From Phoronis australis (lineage: Eukaryota; Animalia; Phoronida), in contig NMRA01000066.1 in the NCBI GenBank assembly GCA_002633005.1, positions 651,199-715,198 on the forward strand: a stretch of DNA of 64,000 nucleotides, read 5' to 3'. Shown here piece after piece: positions 61,321 through 64,000 of the stretch. Under the pieces are notes generated by a model. The model did no database searches, was not told where the DNA came from, and was given only the letters and a program-made list of their open reading frames with translations. Numbering within the stretch: the first letter of the stretch is position 1; every line of letters starts with the position of its first letter. The position numbers and the translations under genes are program-made.

Positions 61321-62664
61321 CAAGTATAAGCGTGATCGCAATGTCGTGACCCTGTCATAACCCCAGTTTAGTGTTTTACAACGCAGCACACCTCATTGAA
61401 AAAAATCGCAGATTTCATTTTTTTGATGTTCCTTACATACCGGAAAGAAAAGACAATTTATGTCCAGAAAATTCACTTGTCCATAATAAATTAACCAGCC
61501 TAGATTCCCTGGCTCCTTATAAAAGTTTGCAGATCTTGGCGTCCAGCTTAACTATGCTATTTCTCATTAAAACCGTGAATATTCAAATTCTTAGCCAGCT
61601 CCACCAAGTGATTTCCTGGAGAACTGTTTGTCAAAGTCTAATCAGGAAAAGAGAGTTTTCTAAATAAATTGTAGTCTTAAAGAAAACGCCTCGACTGTTA
61701 CACTTAAAAAATAAAAAAATAAAATAACAAAAACTGAACCTCGTTTCCGGTAAGTGTAAAAGAGAAAAGAAAAACAACGATCAAATATATTTGGGTGCCA
61801 TTTTGATACATCAGTGTTCTCCACGACCAGTTTTAACATGTAGCTTCAACAGGGTAGCGTTCAGTGATGCAAGGACCTCGCAAAAAATTTAGCCAAAATC
61901 ACGCGTCCTCATTTAAAATACATGGCAACATCTCTCGTAATCTTGCGAAGTCTTGTTTTTCAACGAAGTCCTGGCGTTACCGTGAACTCATGACAGGTTT
62001 GCCGGTGCTCCCATCAGGTTGGAGTAACCTTCAACACACGGGCTTTTTGCAAATTAATAAAGAATGGTTGCCAGGTCGAGTGCAGTTAGGTCTTTCTGAC
62101 ATGTTTGAGTTTTCACTGACTATCATTTGACATACAATAACACAATAACAGGAAATTGTCACACATGAATGCGACTCTAGACGCGATCAATCTTATATGA
62201 TAATTTGAAAATTTTAACCATTAAAAGAAAGTGCCTCAGTGGGATTATGTCAATCTGTACCAATCAAATGTGGCAAAGCTTTTTTTCATATTTTTATTTT
62301 CCACCATCCAAAACACATATTTAAAACAATCTCTTCAACGAAACGAAGCATACATTGTAGCGTTTCATACCAGTATTGGAAATAATTTTCCTTCTTAGAT
62401 AGACCATTCTAATCATTGCATTGGCAAGTTCCAAATCGACATTAATTTTTGAAAGGGGTGCCTCATATCAGTCGTAGTTGGTTTTGATGGTGCAAACCAA
62501 GAAGTAATACGCGACTTGCCCAAGAAAATCATACATGAACTGCAGAATTGATTAGCCTACGTCTTGAATTTCATGTTAAAGTAAGAAATAAGTGCCAACT
62601 TCATCAATATGTGAGACTAGTTTCATCACTATCAAACTCCTGACTAGTTTAGAAAGCGCACAAC

Positions 62665-63165
62665 AACCCTTACAAAAATGAACTTAAGTTTTATCGAAAA
62701 ACTTAAGTTTTCATTCCCGAAAACTTAAGTTTTTGTCGAAAACTTAAGTATTTTGGAACAAGTTTTTGGAACGAACTTAAGTTTTCATAACTTAAGTTTT
62801 CAAAAACTTAAATTTTTCAAAAACTTAAGTTCTGAAAACTTAAGTTTTTCAAAAACTTAAGTTCTGAAAACTTAAGTTTTTCAAAAACTTAAGTTCTGAA
62901 AACTTAAGTTTTTCAAAAACTTTTCTGAAAACTTAAGTTTTAAAAACTTAAGTTCGTTCCAAAAAACTTGTTCCAAAATACTTAAGTTTTTGGAAAACTT
63001 AAGTTTCAGAAACTTAAGTTTTTGAAAAACTCAAGTTTTGGAACAAGTTTTTAGTAACAAACATAAGTCATCAAAACTTAAATTTTTGAAAACTAAGTTT
63101 TCCGAACATAAGTTTTCAAGGAACTAACTTTTGAATACTGAAGTTTTCTAAAAGCAATAAGTTTC
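62665..63165. repeat. Array of the palindrome AAACTTAAGTTT with a higher-order inverted repeat (probable DNA-transposon end)
   Basis: More than 20 perfect or degenerate aaacttaagttt units; 62740-62785 is inverted at 62942-62990. Confidence 0.8.
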
Positions 63166-64000
63166 AATAGGATAGACATTCAAAAATTTCGACTTTCACT
63201 AAAACAAGAGTGGAGTACAGTAACAAATTTAATGATTCTGATATAGTTCTAACATTACATTAACAGTGATTAATTGCAGAAAATAAAATGCACTGCCTAA
63301 AACACACTAGTTCCTTAAAATAAGTGAACATAAGTGAAATATCAAAATCTTAAAAACCAGAAACATTTCAAAAATCAGTTCATCAAGTGTCATGCATACA
63401 ATGCAGTGAAAACTAAATGAGGCTAATAATATGTTCATTATTTGCATCGTTCTTAATCTATGACAATTATGCGATAACTGAGGGAGCAAAATGGAATGTA
63501 CAAACAGAGAAATCACTACCAAATCATGAAACACAACCAAAGAAAATGTGATTACATAGCCAGGAAAGTCACAACAAAAGTCTACGTTTCAACTAAAATT
63601 ACAGCAATGACACCAAGAATAACAAGTCACATAATATGCAAAATCCAAGAATATCTGCAGAGACAAAAGCATAACATAAAACGTAACAGGTAACTAAAAG
63701 TTTATCGACAATGGCGACAGGTCTGATTTTGGGAAGTACAATCCTTATGCTAGAAATAGTGCCTAGAATCACCTATAATTGTTTGCAACCTTAAAAATAT
63801 CAATTTAAATGTCAAAGTTTCGTTTTGTTGACAATCATAATAAAAGCAAATCCAATACACTCCATGGTGCGAACAAGTTTCACTAAAAGTAACCCTAAGT
63901 ACAACCTGGTTATACGAGATGGAAATTAGAAAACTTAGACCATTGACCACAAAAATATTCATTTTCCTTTAATTTAAAGCTACTGAACTTCATACAAATA

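Larger units (their letters stand above)
23280..61870. repeat. Three-unit tandem segmental duplication (~23.3-34.9, ~38.0-47.3, ~54.05-61.87 kb)
   Basis: Collinear homology of 3' flank, introns, exons and 5' flank across the three units. Confidence 0.9.

Overview
Eukaryotic (invertebrate-like), AT-rich, intron-containing genomic DNA; most ORFs in the track are spurious and the real genes had to be rebuilt by joining exons at GT-AG sites. Two gene systems, both on the minus strand. (1) 3318-13982: a 9-exon, 460-aa membrane/secretory JmjC (JMJD8-like) + TPR protein whose Fe(II)-binding His positions are substituted (probable pseudo-enzyme), ending in SSEL*. (2) 24310-61255: three tandem paralogues, ~15.7 kb apart, of a 4-exon, 214-216-aa secreted precursor: signal peptide, acidic propeptide ending in KR/TR, a very basic 7-Cys neurotrophin/Spaetzle-like cystine knot, and two 8-Cys antistasin-like protease-inhibitor modules. 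This cytokine-like knot fused to protease inhibitors is the most unusual thing in the window. The middle copy has lost its exon-1 splice donor but carries an in-frame ATG just upstream of exon 2. The rest is transposon debris (Academ-like DNA transposon, Penelope-like GIY-YIG fragments with a hammerhead-like motif, RTE LINE fragment, MITEs), minisatellites and three single-N assembly joins. All family assignments are by eye and were not database-checked.
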